64,000 nucleotides of DNA from Selaginella moellendorffii (Eukaryota > Plantae > Lycopodiophyta). Of this stretch, positions 10,318-23,413 are shown in pieces. A program made the translations under genes and the position numbers. The stretch lies in NCBI RefSeq assembly GCF_000143415.4, contig NW_003314264.1, forward strand, positions 1,113,650-1,177,649, given 5' to 3'. Each line of letters starts with the position of its first letter. Position 1 is the first letter of the stretch. Under the pieces are notes generated by a model. It ran no database searches. It saw only the letters and a list, made by a program, of their open reading frames with translations, and had not been told where the DNA came from.

Positions 10318-13300
10318 TGGCGCTGCAAATGCGCATGGCGGGTTACACTCGTCTCGATTCGAGGTTGTTCTTCCGGGGATCGATTGCCAGGTCTAGATTT
10401 AGCTGCATTGCCACTGCGACTGCAAGCGGCTCTGGCTGGTGGAATCATGGAGTGAGACGCCATACTTGGAGCTCATTCTTCCTCCGCCCCAAGGGGAGGA
10501 CACCATATGACCTCCGCAGCTCTTATTTTATAATAATTACTAACACTTGCCCAGCATAAACTGCCTGGTTAACAAAGTTTTTGATCCACAGATTGATGAA
10601 TCCAGGCCAACATTGAAATCCATGCAACTGTTCTAGCACCAATGGTGATGTTCACTATTTGTGCATAGCAAATATTAAGCCTGATCCAAAACAATTCACA
10701 ATATCCTCATAGCCCAAATCCTCATCGTTCCCAACACCTTGCCATTCACCATTGCCCATACCAAGCAGCTTGTCCAACATGTTTCTAGATCAAAGCTGTA
10801 AGGTGATTATGAAAAATTGCTCTAGCTGTGTTGCATATTTTCTTCCACAATGAATGCTTCACTCCTAACAGACTCTTACAATCGATTGTATGTTATAAAT
10901 CAGATGCTGAGTCTAAGACTTCAGAGAAGAAACAACACCCAGCATTTGCATTCACATCAGCACTCCCTCCTCCTTATTATAGGAGGAATCCACGTCCTGC
11001 CACATTCTCTATGATCCCAGCTCGCCTGCTTGCGCTGAGAGCCCGAGGGTGGCGGGACTCTACCAAAAGGAAGGCAAAAAAGTCACCTTGCGTAAAAAAC
11101 TTTCAATGTCTAGACCTCTGTTTGCACGATGGTGAGCAAAGCATTGGCAGTGCTCCTGTACTGATAAACAAAACGATTTCGACCATTGTTGGCTGGAGTT
11201 CAATGCAAAGAAACGCTGCTTGCAAAGGAGAGAAAAGAAACTACAGCCTGGTTTTGTTTTTCCATGTCGATCGAGCCCTTGTAACAATCAACCTGACAAG
11301 ACCGAGTGCTAGGTAAGTCTCTAGATTTTGTGTAAGTTATTTGGAATCTAGAGGGGATTTTAGGGCTTCTTTGTGTATTGGCAGAGAATGGAAGTGGGAG
11401 GAGGCCAGCTGTTGCCAAGGTTGCCACCATCATGTTGACACCAGTTTCTTCAATGCTCGAGTCACCCAAGGATACCGTGGAAGCTGAAGATGCAGGAGCA
11501 CCGAAGTCTGTTCACTTTGCTCGAAGAAGTCCGAGACACTTCAATGCACCCAGGAGAGAGAGGAACCGGATCTGAGAGGAGGCGGAGAAAGAGGCTGTGG
11601 AGAGAGCCCGGAGGAGTGTACAATCAGTCCCTTTTGTAAGCATGCAATGTTGGCTGTGCATGAAGGATTTGCAATGCCTCCAATCTAGAGGAAAAAAAAA
11701 AAGCACTCGTCTTTCTCGAAGGGCAAAAGAGAAGAATAAAATTATTGGCATTCTGAGATTTGAGCATCATGGTCTCGTTGCCAATATTTCTCCTGCAGAA
11801 AGAAAAACCAGGGTTCTAAGGAGCAAAGACACCACAAAGTATTGCAAAAACCAAATCAAGAAAAGAATGAAAACAGCAAGAAAAGACGCTAAGAGTTGAA
11901 GCGTTTGAGAAGAAAAAAAGTAAAATGGAAGACATTAGAAGAAAGTGCAGATAAATTGATTAGATCTTGACATAAATAGTACCAAGACATGGCTCGTTCT
12001 AATGACATTGACATAGCACCTTAGATTTGGATCACAAATCAGCAGTAGTGGCAGGGGCTGTCTTGCCATTTCATAAACCCTAGAAAAACATTACAAAACA
12101 AAACTAAATCGCTCAACAAGTGAAAATTGCAGTCATGGTCAACACATTGCATGTGACACATGTTATACTGCTTGCTTCTCTCACCCCACACAAGTTAGCC
12201 TCCCATTGGCTGAGAGCAAACATTAGCACAATTATTTACTAAGACGTGGTTAAAGAAATAACCCCTTTATCCCTCCTTATTATGATAGATTTGGTGTATA
12301 ATGGGAATCAAGCTTGAATATTTCTTTAGTTAAGCCTAATTAATTATCCAAGTACATGTGTTTTAGTTAAATAATTAATAAAAATTAAGAAAATGATTAA
12401 TATACCAAGTGAGACCTCCAAATGGTCCCACTTTAATGAAAATGGGCTTTTTTGTATGCCGAACAGAAACAAAAACTAACATGAAGTGTAAGGAGGAGAA
12501 ATTTGTCAGTACCGGCTGAGAATATGGCTTATCTTGAAGTTTTTTCAAATTTTGTCTTGCAATTGTAATTTATAATAGTCACTAAATTTTTTTTATTTAA
12601 TAATAATTATATTTTGATAGTGTTACAGTTAAAATACAATATTACATAAAGTAAATCCATAATATATTACTAATAACAACTCTAATTGGATGCAATGATA
12701 AACTTGATGATACTTTAGTGGCAACCACATCATCACACATAGCTCATCACTCATCTATAAAACAGTTATTTGTATTAATATTAACTTTAATATCCTTTCC
12801 TTTATAACTTTTATTACTATCAATGTCAAAACTCAATTTTCTTTAAGAATGTTAGTATACTATTTTACATCTAAGTGTTGGAATGATATTCTATACTTTC
12901 AACCAAAGCTTTGCCTAAAACTTTTGATACACATTTTAAAATATAATTAATGTTTTATAAATAAATTATAAAAGTTTTAATTGTGAGGTCCAAGTGTATG
13001 ACTACAATGCCATATATTAATATTAACATAGTGGGATTTTGATAGCTGTCAAATTGGTTTTAATTCAGTTCCCATTCCATATTCCATGTATGCACTCACA
13101 TTGGTGGAGATGAAGGGCACCTTTGATTGTCCCTGAGGAGTGCTTAAATTTGGGATTTTGGATTAAATCTAGCTTTTATATTGTCTAGATCTAATTTTTT
13201 TCATGTCCTATCTTTTATTCTTTCTTTTCAGGATTTTGGTTTAAATTTAGCTTTTGCATTATCTAAATATCTCTTTCCTTCTAGCTTTTTTTTTTTACTT

Positions 13301-14719
13301 TTTTCTTTTCATTCATCTTCATGGTAAGTCTCCTCCTCCTTTGGCTTTAGAGCAGCATTTGGTGCAATTGCTTGATGCTATGTGGTTATAGTTAAACAAC
13401 CAAACTCAATTGATGGTGGCATTTATGGCACATGGTACAATTCCCCTTGCTCTTGGTGCCAATCCTAGTGTTTAGCTAAAGTTTTTTTATAGAAATCATA
13501 GGGATGATGTGTACTATTGGTTTGATCACTTCATAGTGATTGCTATATATAATTCTTGGGATGATGCTTGACATTTGCATGAGTTTCCCACATGTTTCCA
13601 AATGACGGTGCTGTAGTGGTATAATAAAGAATGAAAATTAGCTCTGCCTCATGACACAAATGAAAATGGTAATGTGTGGCAATAGGTCAAGCAATAAAAG
13701 ATAAACTTGAACATGTATCAACCAATACAGAGAGAATAATATGAGACCAAAAATGAGCTTAGAAAGTAAATATTGAATGAACTGGTGCAAAGTGAACCCC
13801 TTGATAATACTCCCAAAAGAAATATAGAAGGGTCACTAACTTATTGCTTTCTTCACGCAAGGTCCCTCCATTACTTGTGCGACTCCTCATTTCCTAGATA
13901 TATTTGAGTGTCCAGACATTCCACTACAATAGCACTAACAGAACATTATTGATGCCAAGGTTTCCACCTAGGAAATAAAGGTTGTCAATCTAGAAATGCT
14001 AATAAGTATGACCAACTTCATCACACACCCAATAGCAAACATCACAGCCACAACCACATCCTCACCCTTGTCTTTGAACTCGAGTAGTAGCAACATCAAC
14101 CTCCATTGGAACAAACCCACAAAAAGTGGAGCTGAAAGATTTGCAGCGAGAAGTGGAAGAGGCAACATCTCATAATGTTATACTAAGAAAAAGTCATTGT
14201 CAAGGGTGGCTAAAGCAAGTGCATGCACAAGTCTTACAAGATCTTGATAAAGTGCTAGCCATAACATTTCCAGCTTAATCTGGTTTAACATATTTGGCTT
14301 CGCACGAAGCAAGAAGCTTAAAAAATGAATGCAAATTTGTATCACTGACTTAGATGGCCTTTGATGAAGATGATGCAATTGTTGGAAGGAATCATCACAA
14401 TCATCAACATGTCCGAATGCATGTTTGAAGACATCTAGGAGAATACTCCAATCTTCACGAGTGGTTGTGCTCATACATGTGCAAGGGATGAGGAAGACCT
14501 AGTTGTGTATATGGGTAATCTCAAACTTGGGTTGTAGTCATTGCCGGTGGTGCTAAATCAAGCTTTTAACCTCATCCTTGGTATGGATTAATTGCAACTT
14601 AATCATGCCCTCTTTGTCTCATACTTCTTTATATTTCATCCATTCCTCTCATTTCCGTACCTCTTCATCCCTTTACTTCTACTTCTGTTTTCATTACTTT
14701 TGTCTCCCTATTACTTCCT

Positions 14720-17170
14720 CCTATGTTTTTATTTTGTTTCACTCTTCCCTTTTCTGATCCCTCTAATGGTCTTTATGTTACAGTAATTGACCAGCTCATG
14801 AAGGAGTATGCCAATCTCTTTGAATTTAATCTATCGTCTAGAGCTAAGATTGCCATATGTTATCCGATTCCAACTGGGGATGTTTATCCAATCAAGGTTC
14901 CCATTCATCGTTGGTCACCCAAAGAAATCAAGATTTTACATGTAAACGTCAAGAAGATGTTGGAAAAAGGTGTTTTTCGAAAGTCACGGAGTCCTTACGT
15001 ATGTGAACCTCATCTTGTGACGAAGCCTAATGGGAGTATTTGTTTATACATTAACTATCATTTATTAAATGAAGTGATGATCTCAGATGTATACCTTCTT
15101 CCTCACACTACTAATCTTTTGGATTGACTAGGGAGAAGTTGTTGGTTCACTAAACTAGATCTTGTTTTTGGGTACTAGTAAGTACCGATGGCCGAAGAAG
15201 ATATTTTTAAAACTGCTTTTCATACATCATTTGGTTTGTATGAGTTCTTGGTAATGCTGTTTAGTTTGAATGATGCTTTAGTGACTTTCTAGCAGATGAT
15301 AGATGAGGTTCTTTGCAATATATTGGAAGTGACTACTGACTTCATTGATGATATCTTGATCCACTCGGAGGGGATGTGGGAGGAACACATTTGTGATGTT
15401 CGTAAAGTGTTAGATTAGCTACAGAAAGTTGGTTTAAAGCTGAAGCGGTTGAAATGCATGTTTAGATGGGTACTGTATTTCTTATGAAGGTTTGCAAGTT
15501 GATCCTAATAAACTTGTGGCTATTTTAAAGTTCCCTACTCCGAAATGTGTCAATAATGTGTAACACTTTCTGGGCAAGGTGCAATATCCCAGTTGTTTTG
15601 TGGATCATCTTTCTAATTGCACTGCACTATTATAAGCATTGCTAAAGTCATCTACATCATTTTTTATTTGGTTTGTGGACTGTGAGTGGGTGTTCATGGA
15701 TCTCAAAGAGCTATTGACGACTTCTCTAATTTTGGTATATCCTGACTACAATTGACCTTTTATTTTACGTGTGGATGTTTTTAATATTAGTCTTAGAAGT
15801 GTGTTGATGCAAGAGAGCTCGAGTGTTCTTGATCAGCACTATCCTATTGCATATATAAGCCATATATTACAACTAGTGGAAGCGAACTACTCCATAACAA
15901 AAAAGGAGTGTTTAGTAGCAATTTGTGGTTTTGAAAAACTTCATACATATCTACATGGTTCTCGGAAGTTATTGGAAGGTGATCATGCTACTATTATTTC
16001 AATAATAAAGCAAAAGAACTTAGCATTTACATTCTCAATATCACCTTAAAAGTGGCTTTCTTTATTTTGTAAGGACGGAACCTGATGATCATTTATAGCT
16101 GGTGGTGCCTTCAATTTTTATTCCATAGTTTTTCCATGCTTACCATGATTCTTCTATTTTAGGAGGGTATATGGGATATTGTCGTGTGACTGAGAAGCTG
16201 CATAGGTCTTTCTATTGGCCAAAGATGCAACATGATGTTATCCAATATATGCATAACTGCATTTAGTGCCAAACTCATAATACTCCCCCTTGTACTACAG
16301 AAGGACAGTTAGAGTTAATTATAATTTCCTATCCATTTGAGTTTGTGGCATTTAATCTTATGGGACTTTTTCCATGATTGACTATTGGCAATAAGTATGT
16401 TATTATTGCTTCCAAATACTTGACTCATTGAGTGAAAGTTGGTGTTCTTGTTAGTGCCTCTGCAACTGTTATTAAATACTTCCTCCTCAATCGAGTGGTG
16501 TTCTAGCATTCTTATCCAGAGTGGATTCTTTTAGATAAAAGTCCCACATTTATGGCTTATGCATTTCATATTTTGACGTCTTGGTTGGGGATACGCCACA
16601 CTTTCACTAGTGTTTATCATCCATAGTCAAACAGTTTGGTGGAACAGTTCATTTGGACATTCAAAAGGATGATCATAAAGTACATAAACTTTAAGTATTT
16701 GGATTGGGACGGTTATTTGCCGTCTCTTTGGTATGTATATGTCATAGGAGTGCAAAGTTTTATTCGTGCTTCACCATATAAATTTCTATATGGTCATGAT
16801 CCAATATTACTAACAGAGTTGGGTTTACCTTCCTAATTGCCATGAGTTGCGGATGCTAAGTCATAGGATTAATATTTGACTAGCATTCTTCCACTTGTTT
16901 GAGTAGAGGTTACCAAACACCTAAGCCACATACAAATGGAATAATAACAGTGCTACTTATCCACCTATGGAGTACAAAGTGGATGACTTGGTGTTAATCT
17001 ATTTTCCCTATCTTATGGTACGTGGTTTATGTAAGGGGCTCCTTGCTTAGTGGAAAGGACCGTATCAAGTGTTGCGGCAAACTGGACTACAAGTTTATGA
17101 GGTTTAGCATGAAGTCTAGTAGGCCGATCCTTCAGAAATTATATACGTGTAGTGGTTAAAATACTTTGTA
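14720..17170 (+). pseudogene. Degenerate Gypsy pol (RT-RNaseH-integrase)
   Basis: KKMLEKGVFRKSRSPY, YPIAYISH..EANYSITKKECL, SPYKFLYGHDP remnants; many stops. Confidence 0.9.
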
Positions 17171-17183
17171 CAAAGGGATCATA

Positions 17184-17955
17184 TGTAAGAAACTAAATTT
17201 TCCATTCTACTTTAGTCATTTGACCACACCTTCACCCACTTTGAGGAGTCTCACTCACAATGTCCATAAGTCTTATTTCAGACTTGGGGACTCATTAGCC
17301 CTAGGATTGGCATTTATGTGACCTAGCCTTTGCACTTGGTCCAAGTGCTCCATGTGTCCGATCCCATAACCAACACCCAAAGGTACCAAAGACATATCAG
17401 CTTGTTACACTAAGGCCATACCCATTCACCATTGTCACACCCATGGTCAACACCACCTACATCATAGTCCCGTCTCTCAAAGATTGAGCCATCCGTTTAT
17501 GAGTGCTCATCCCAGATCCACTCCTTAGCATCCTTAGGATGCCTACAGATATAGGGAATAACCTTCCCTAATATCCCTTTTTCGATCCCCACCAAATCCC
17601 TTTCCATCCACAACCGTGTTTACTAACATTGCCACTGGGTCAAGACTTAAAAGTCCGACCACTAAGTCCCACCGACCTTGGGCACTTCCTCACTATGTGA
17701 AGGTGGGGAGAGTACCCATAAAGCTCACATAGGTCCACAGTGTTTCAAAATGTCGTCTTTAAATCCCAACCTGTGGAAAGGAAGAGGAGTAATCCTCTTG
17801 TATAGTGACTAAGGATATGGTCACTACCTTTGAATGCCCTAGCCATGTGGTTAGAGCAAGGTTCTGATGAGCCACGCTAGGTATCCAAGTAGGTAGTACA
17901 TGGATTGGGAGCATCAATCATTCAATCTTCAATCTCCCAGGGGAGCTACAGCCAG

Positions 17956-17986
<31 letters not shown>

Positions 17987-18561
17987 ATGAGGAACACATG
18001 CTTTGGGCTTTCACCCCAAGCCTCATTTAGTACCAGGAGTTACTCTCTAGGACAAGCTCAAAACTTACTAAATATGAATGTCCCTAAATTGCAAATTTGG
18101 ACACGGGAAAAACACCATTGTGTTTAGGACAGTCTCTACATTCTATAGATATGCCAAATGAGCAAATCTAGACACTTTCCATAAATAGCATTTGGACCGG
18201 AATGAGATTAACAAAAAGGGCATGATAGTGAGGGTGTTTGGCAAACACGGTAAGTTATCATTTAGCAAATATTGAGGGACCAATCTCAATATTGCAGCGG
18301 TTCTTGATACTAGTAAGTGCAAACGAATGACACAAGTTTCTCAAACCAGATCGAGTATGCTCAGCAAGAAACACATAGGGTTCCTACCTTATGTTTATCC
18401 AATTTAAGTGCATGGTCATTGACTAATTTCCCAATTAGCTCAAGTGGGAACTGATAATAGTCTAGCAATACCGACCTCCTGCCGTCGTGGCACTAAGGAA
18501 AGAATATCCAAAAGGACTAGCCGATAAGTAACTTTTGATACCCAAAGTCACATTCGCAACA
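17184..18561 (-). mobile_element. Complete chimeric 3' LTR (family A 5' half plus family B 3' half), TG...CA
   Basis: Minus strand tgttgcgaatg...cttaca; PPT aaggggggagag abuts at 18562-18573. Confidence 0.75.
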
Positions 18562-21500
18562 CTCTCCCCCCTTAGGGAAGATCGACGTCCTCGCCGATGC
18601 ATACTCGAGTCTAAACCACTGCCAAGGAAATAACTCCAGAAAAATTTCACAGTGATCACACTATATAAGAAATGCACCAACTTAAATGAGTTAGGAAGCA
18701 ACTTCTTTGTTTAACGTGGATGCACTACCAATTTAAACACCTTCTGGCCGTTGCTGACAAGGAAATGACTAATAGAGTTAGCCAAATTTGCTGCTCTAGG
18801 TGTCACCCAATTTACAAAAGTGTGATATACCCTTGCTTGCAAGGATATAGAGAGAGAAGCCAAAGGCCCTAACCCTCATGAGCAAATAAACAAAACCCGT
18901 TAGTAGTAAAATTTAGATAGACTATTGTAAATAGGTAGTTAGAGTTGTTTACATAGTCACATCCTTTTTAATGGAATAAGGAACATCAATAGAGAGGCAA
19001 GTGATATGACTAGCTAACAAATGGACCATAAGCATAAAAACTCAAAGAATCAAAGCTAGAAGAAGCCTATAGCAATGATCATGAGTCTTGCATGAACTAA
19101 CTTCAATGTTAAAAAAGAAATCATGGTACAACCCACAATATCATCCTCAATACATCCATAAGCTAAACTTCATAATACCAAAGCTAATAAAAAGTATATC
19201 TGCATCAATTCAAAAGTTAAATATAAGCTATGCGAAGTAATCACCAACAAACCTAACGAAGTGATCACCAAATGATCCTCCATGAATCCATCTATAGCAA
19301 GACGTAACTCACTTCATAACAAACACAAGAAGAACTATCAATGATCAATATATTCCAACTCAAATTCAATAAGGATTCAAACATTTTCAATATCGATCAT
19401 TAACTTTTCCTCTCGTAAAGCTATCATAGTCTACAACTGAATCACTTTTCAAGGAAAAGCTCAAAACTCAACCTCTACTAACAATTTTATTTAGAACACA
19501 ACTAACTCAACTTGTTACTCAATTCGTTTGAACATTAATATATTTGCTAACTAGCAAATGCACAAGTGCTAATAACACAAAGCTATAATCAAATCATCAA
19601 CATTATCTTTATCAAGACTAATGAAACTCAATATCAATCATACGGAGAGACATCTCATCTCACTTGAATCTCAATACCAACAATGTCAATGATAAAGCAT
19701 CACTTTAATGCCATCAACACCAGAACAAAGCTAAAAGAAAGCAAGAGTAAATCATAACTCAAAGCTCTTTAGCAACTAAGTTAACCAAAATTAAAGATAC
19801 TTTACTCAATATTTGAGACTAATCCTTCAACAATACTTAGCTACAAATAACATATCATCAAAGAGTGATTCACCATATCTATAACTCAATGAAATCCAAC
19901 ACTATGGACTAAACGTAACCAAATGATATTAACAAAGGTGGAATCAATATGTCAACATGGAAAAACCATGCAAGCCTATGACACGATCCTCCGCAACACC
20001 ATCCGATAAAACAAGCCCATCACTAATAAATCTTCATCAAGCAAGGCAAGTGTCAATAGTCCTCAATAAACTTTACAAGTAATCACTAATTACAAAGCAA
20101 CTAACAATCACTCTTCAACTTGCCCCAAACACTAAACTCACATTATCAAGTCATATACTTGTTCAACATGAATATAATACCCCATATACAAGATAAAGGT
20201 TCATAGATAGGTATGAATTAAATGACTACTCGAATCTAACTCAACTGCAATAAGCTCATCAACTTGTCTAGCCAATAACTCTAAGCATGTCTTGAAGAGG
20301 CTAACTATGCATAATCAACACTTAGTCAAAACTAAAGTGAAAATTATGAGATGGACTCATCATAGTACAGGTACTAACATCTTAACCTCAAACAACTAAG
20401 TTGGACATCACTATATTCAGCCAAGGTGCAAAGCCACCAAGACCAAATAAAGATCAATGAGAGTTCACTACTCTCATAGAGTTTAATGAAATGCAAGGTG
20501 CAACCTACTACCTAATATAACACTACAAAAGAAAGGCACAAGAGTCAAGACCTCTGACAAGATCAAGACTGGAAAATGCAAAAAGACAAAGAGAAAAGCT
20601 AGTGGAAACAAAGAAGAAGCCTTAGACTGGCGTTGATTCAGATTGTGGAGAAATGGAACAAGGCTAACATATATATAATATAGGTTGATGAAGCTCCACC
20701 ACTCTTGGATCGAGGACGGCCTAAATATAGCTGAGGTCGAGGAGGCACCACATCATCATCAGGAATGTGGCTCGAGACTCAGGAATCGGGAAGTGTCTCG
20801 AGAGTCAGGAATAGGGAAGTGTCTCGAAAGTCAGGAATAGGAAGTGTCTCGAGAGTCAGGAATGTGGTTTGCAGGTCAGGAATCCGGCGAGAGTCAAGAA
20901 TGTGGCAAGAATTAGGGGATTCCTGACACCTTTCTAGAAAAGCGCAACAACCACTTTTCTACACTAACTCCAGATTCTATCCAACTCAATTGCCTTAGCC
21001 CCAAAAGTTAGTATCCTTTTCGGGCGCACAAACTATCTACTAAGGTTTAAGCTAACCAAAGTCAACTCCAACCTCTTCACAAGTTTGTACTAGCTTACTA
21101 AAATGAAATGGCTTTTGGACAAAGTAATCAATAGATCAATCATTAGAAAAGTCTATAAAAATTTGTCCAAATTTTCCATCCTAGAGAAAGAACAACTCTT
21201 AGTTTAGGAATACAAACTTTGAAGATTCAACCAACTTCCTCCCACCAACAATTTCATATAGGTTCACGTCAACATAAATTCTCATGACCCAATAGCATGC
21301 TTAACTAGCAAGCATTTTGCCCATATATCCAACATCCAACACCAACATCTGTAAAAATGCAGAATGAACATCCAAGGCTTAATCGCAAAGATTATATCTT
21401 CAGATATCCATATTGCATTAACACTCTTCTTCAACCACCTTCAAGATCCAATATGAATTCAAAACACTAACAAGGAAAATAACATAGAAAATCAAGGTTT

Positions 21501-22980
21501 AAGGAAAAACATTTATCACTCGAAATAACGATACTACTTCCACTAACACAAGTGCTAGCAATGTTAATGCCTTAACTACACACCTTCTCTATCCAACAAT
21601 CTATTCCAAGTGCTAACAGATCAACTAACATGCTATAGCAAATGAATGTTACAACCCTTTTCCAATAGGTAAACTCAAAGAATTAATTTAAGTTTAGCAT
21701 AATAAATCACTATTGAGAACCAAGTCAAAACTACTTCAATGCTACTACTTGCAAGTAGACTAACTTCACTATCAACCACTTTGGGGTTGATCATCATTTA
21801 ACCAAACAACTTCATAAACACATTGCTCATTATCAATTGGATATGATATAAAATCATAATGACTTGATCATTAATCAAGCAACATAATGAGTAAGCCCAC
21901 ATTACTACTTCAAAAGTTTATGCAAGTATCAAGTGCTAACTCAATTTGATCAAAAATAATATAAATGCCACACCCTACCAATAGAGATTTACAACACTGA
22001 ACACCACCAACTTTTGTTCACAATATAAACAAGTTTACCATTCTCTTTTTGACCAAACTCAAAACTATTTCAACACCAAGCTACTTCATGAGCAATAGCA
22101 AGGTTCTCCAAAAAAGAATTGAATATTGAATCTCAAGCCTTCAATAGCAAACCTAGACAAAATGGTTTAACACTTTACCGCTATCCATCCCATAACACAC
22201 CACTTGTAAGACCACTATAACTAATATATATCGAGGTAGGGACACTTGATTGCATAATATGAATACAAACAATGAGTTGACACCTCGTTGCAAATCATCT
22301 CTTCAAGAAAAGAAAATGATTTACGTGTTTGATCCTTCGTCTTTGATAACTCTTTTTTCTGTCTTATCTTTGACTAAACCTCAAACTTGCGTTTGCACTA
22401 CCTTCAGTTCAATCCAAAAAAAGTTTATAAGAGAGCACAATAATGATTACTTGAACCAATAAACTAATCCCTACAGTCTTTATGGATCCACTTATAATCA
22501 TGCCTAGGAAGGATTTACTAATGCTATGCTAAACAATTACGGACCAGCCTATTTGCCACTCATAGCAAACCTAGAGAAGGTTTACTTTTACCCACGGTAC
22601 ATGAAATAACTCATGAAACCACTAATATGCTAACATTAATTTTGCCAACTCAAAGTGTAACCTTGAGTTGCTAATGTGCCTCACTCACAAGCCCAAGCGT
22701 AAACTCGTGTAAATAGAAATTCTCAATCCATCTTATGAGCCCAAACACAAGCTCACACAATATCATATAAAAGGTAGCCAAAATCTATATCCAAGGAATA
22801 AATGCAAAGTTATAGCACCCAAACGTGTATCCATTTGGATCATTGTTTTCATCTCTATATATGCAATGAGATTAGTTGCCCAGTCTCATTAGATAGTACT
22901 TATGATGATTTACCATAAGATAACCACAAAGAAAAACCTAAACCTTTCATCTGCCATATGTTACATGCCACATATGTCCA
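18562..22980 (-). mobile_element. Non-coding A/C-rich internal region of a LARD-like element
   Basis: Collinear homology of ~19020-22870 with ~44520-48090; no long ORFs. Confidence 0.65.
20543..20928 (-). mobile_element. Solo LTR of the gag-only mini-element family
   Basis: Reverse complement of LTRs 34299-34668 and 43181-43550. Confidence 0.9.
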
Positions 22981-23413
22981 AGGAAGAACTCCACCTCAAA
23001 CTCCTCAAATCTATCTCAGCACTTCCATGTGTCATGTATTAGTCTTTTTATGTCTTTTTTCTAGAGACTCACTTACTACTTGCTTTGTACTCGTTTCTCG
23101 AACACTTTATTGGGAGTTTCACTCTTATTCTCAACTATCCAAGTTGGAGCTTTTAGTTCAAATGTGTTATACTCATTTAAGTTTTGCTTTGGCCATTACC
23201 ATATGGCACCTTTTCAGCTCCACTTTGGAACTTAAGTATTTGTGTCTCACATCAAGAACAATCAATACCACCTATAAATCCAATTATGCCTCCTCCTGAT
23301 GTTTTTCCAAATCCCAACTTATTTATGAGAAAATCTTGATAGCATTCCATTATTTTAAAAAGGAAGGGATGATGAAGTCCAAGTGTATGATTATGATGCC
23401 ATATACTAAGTCT

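Larger units (their letters stand above)
12982..23410 (+). mobile_element. Old degenerate Ty3/Gypsy element with short LTRs, interrupted by an insertion at 17184-~22980
   Basis: 5' LTR tgtgaggtcc..cactcaca 12982-13100; PBS-like tggtggagatgaagggca (tRNA-Ala-like); pol remnants; PPT aaaaaggaaggg and partial 3' LTR from 23373. Confidence 0.65.

Noticed and set aside
10828-11899. Protein-coding gene
   Set aside because: Some splice-like signals, but I could not assemble a coherent ORF or recognise a domain
12425-12447. Additional TIR of the DNA transposon (gtcccactttaatgaaa)
   Set aside because: Partial, degenerate match with no partner end or TSD
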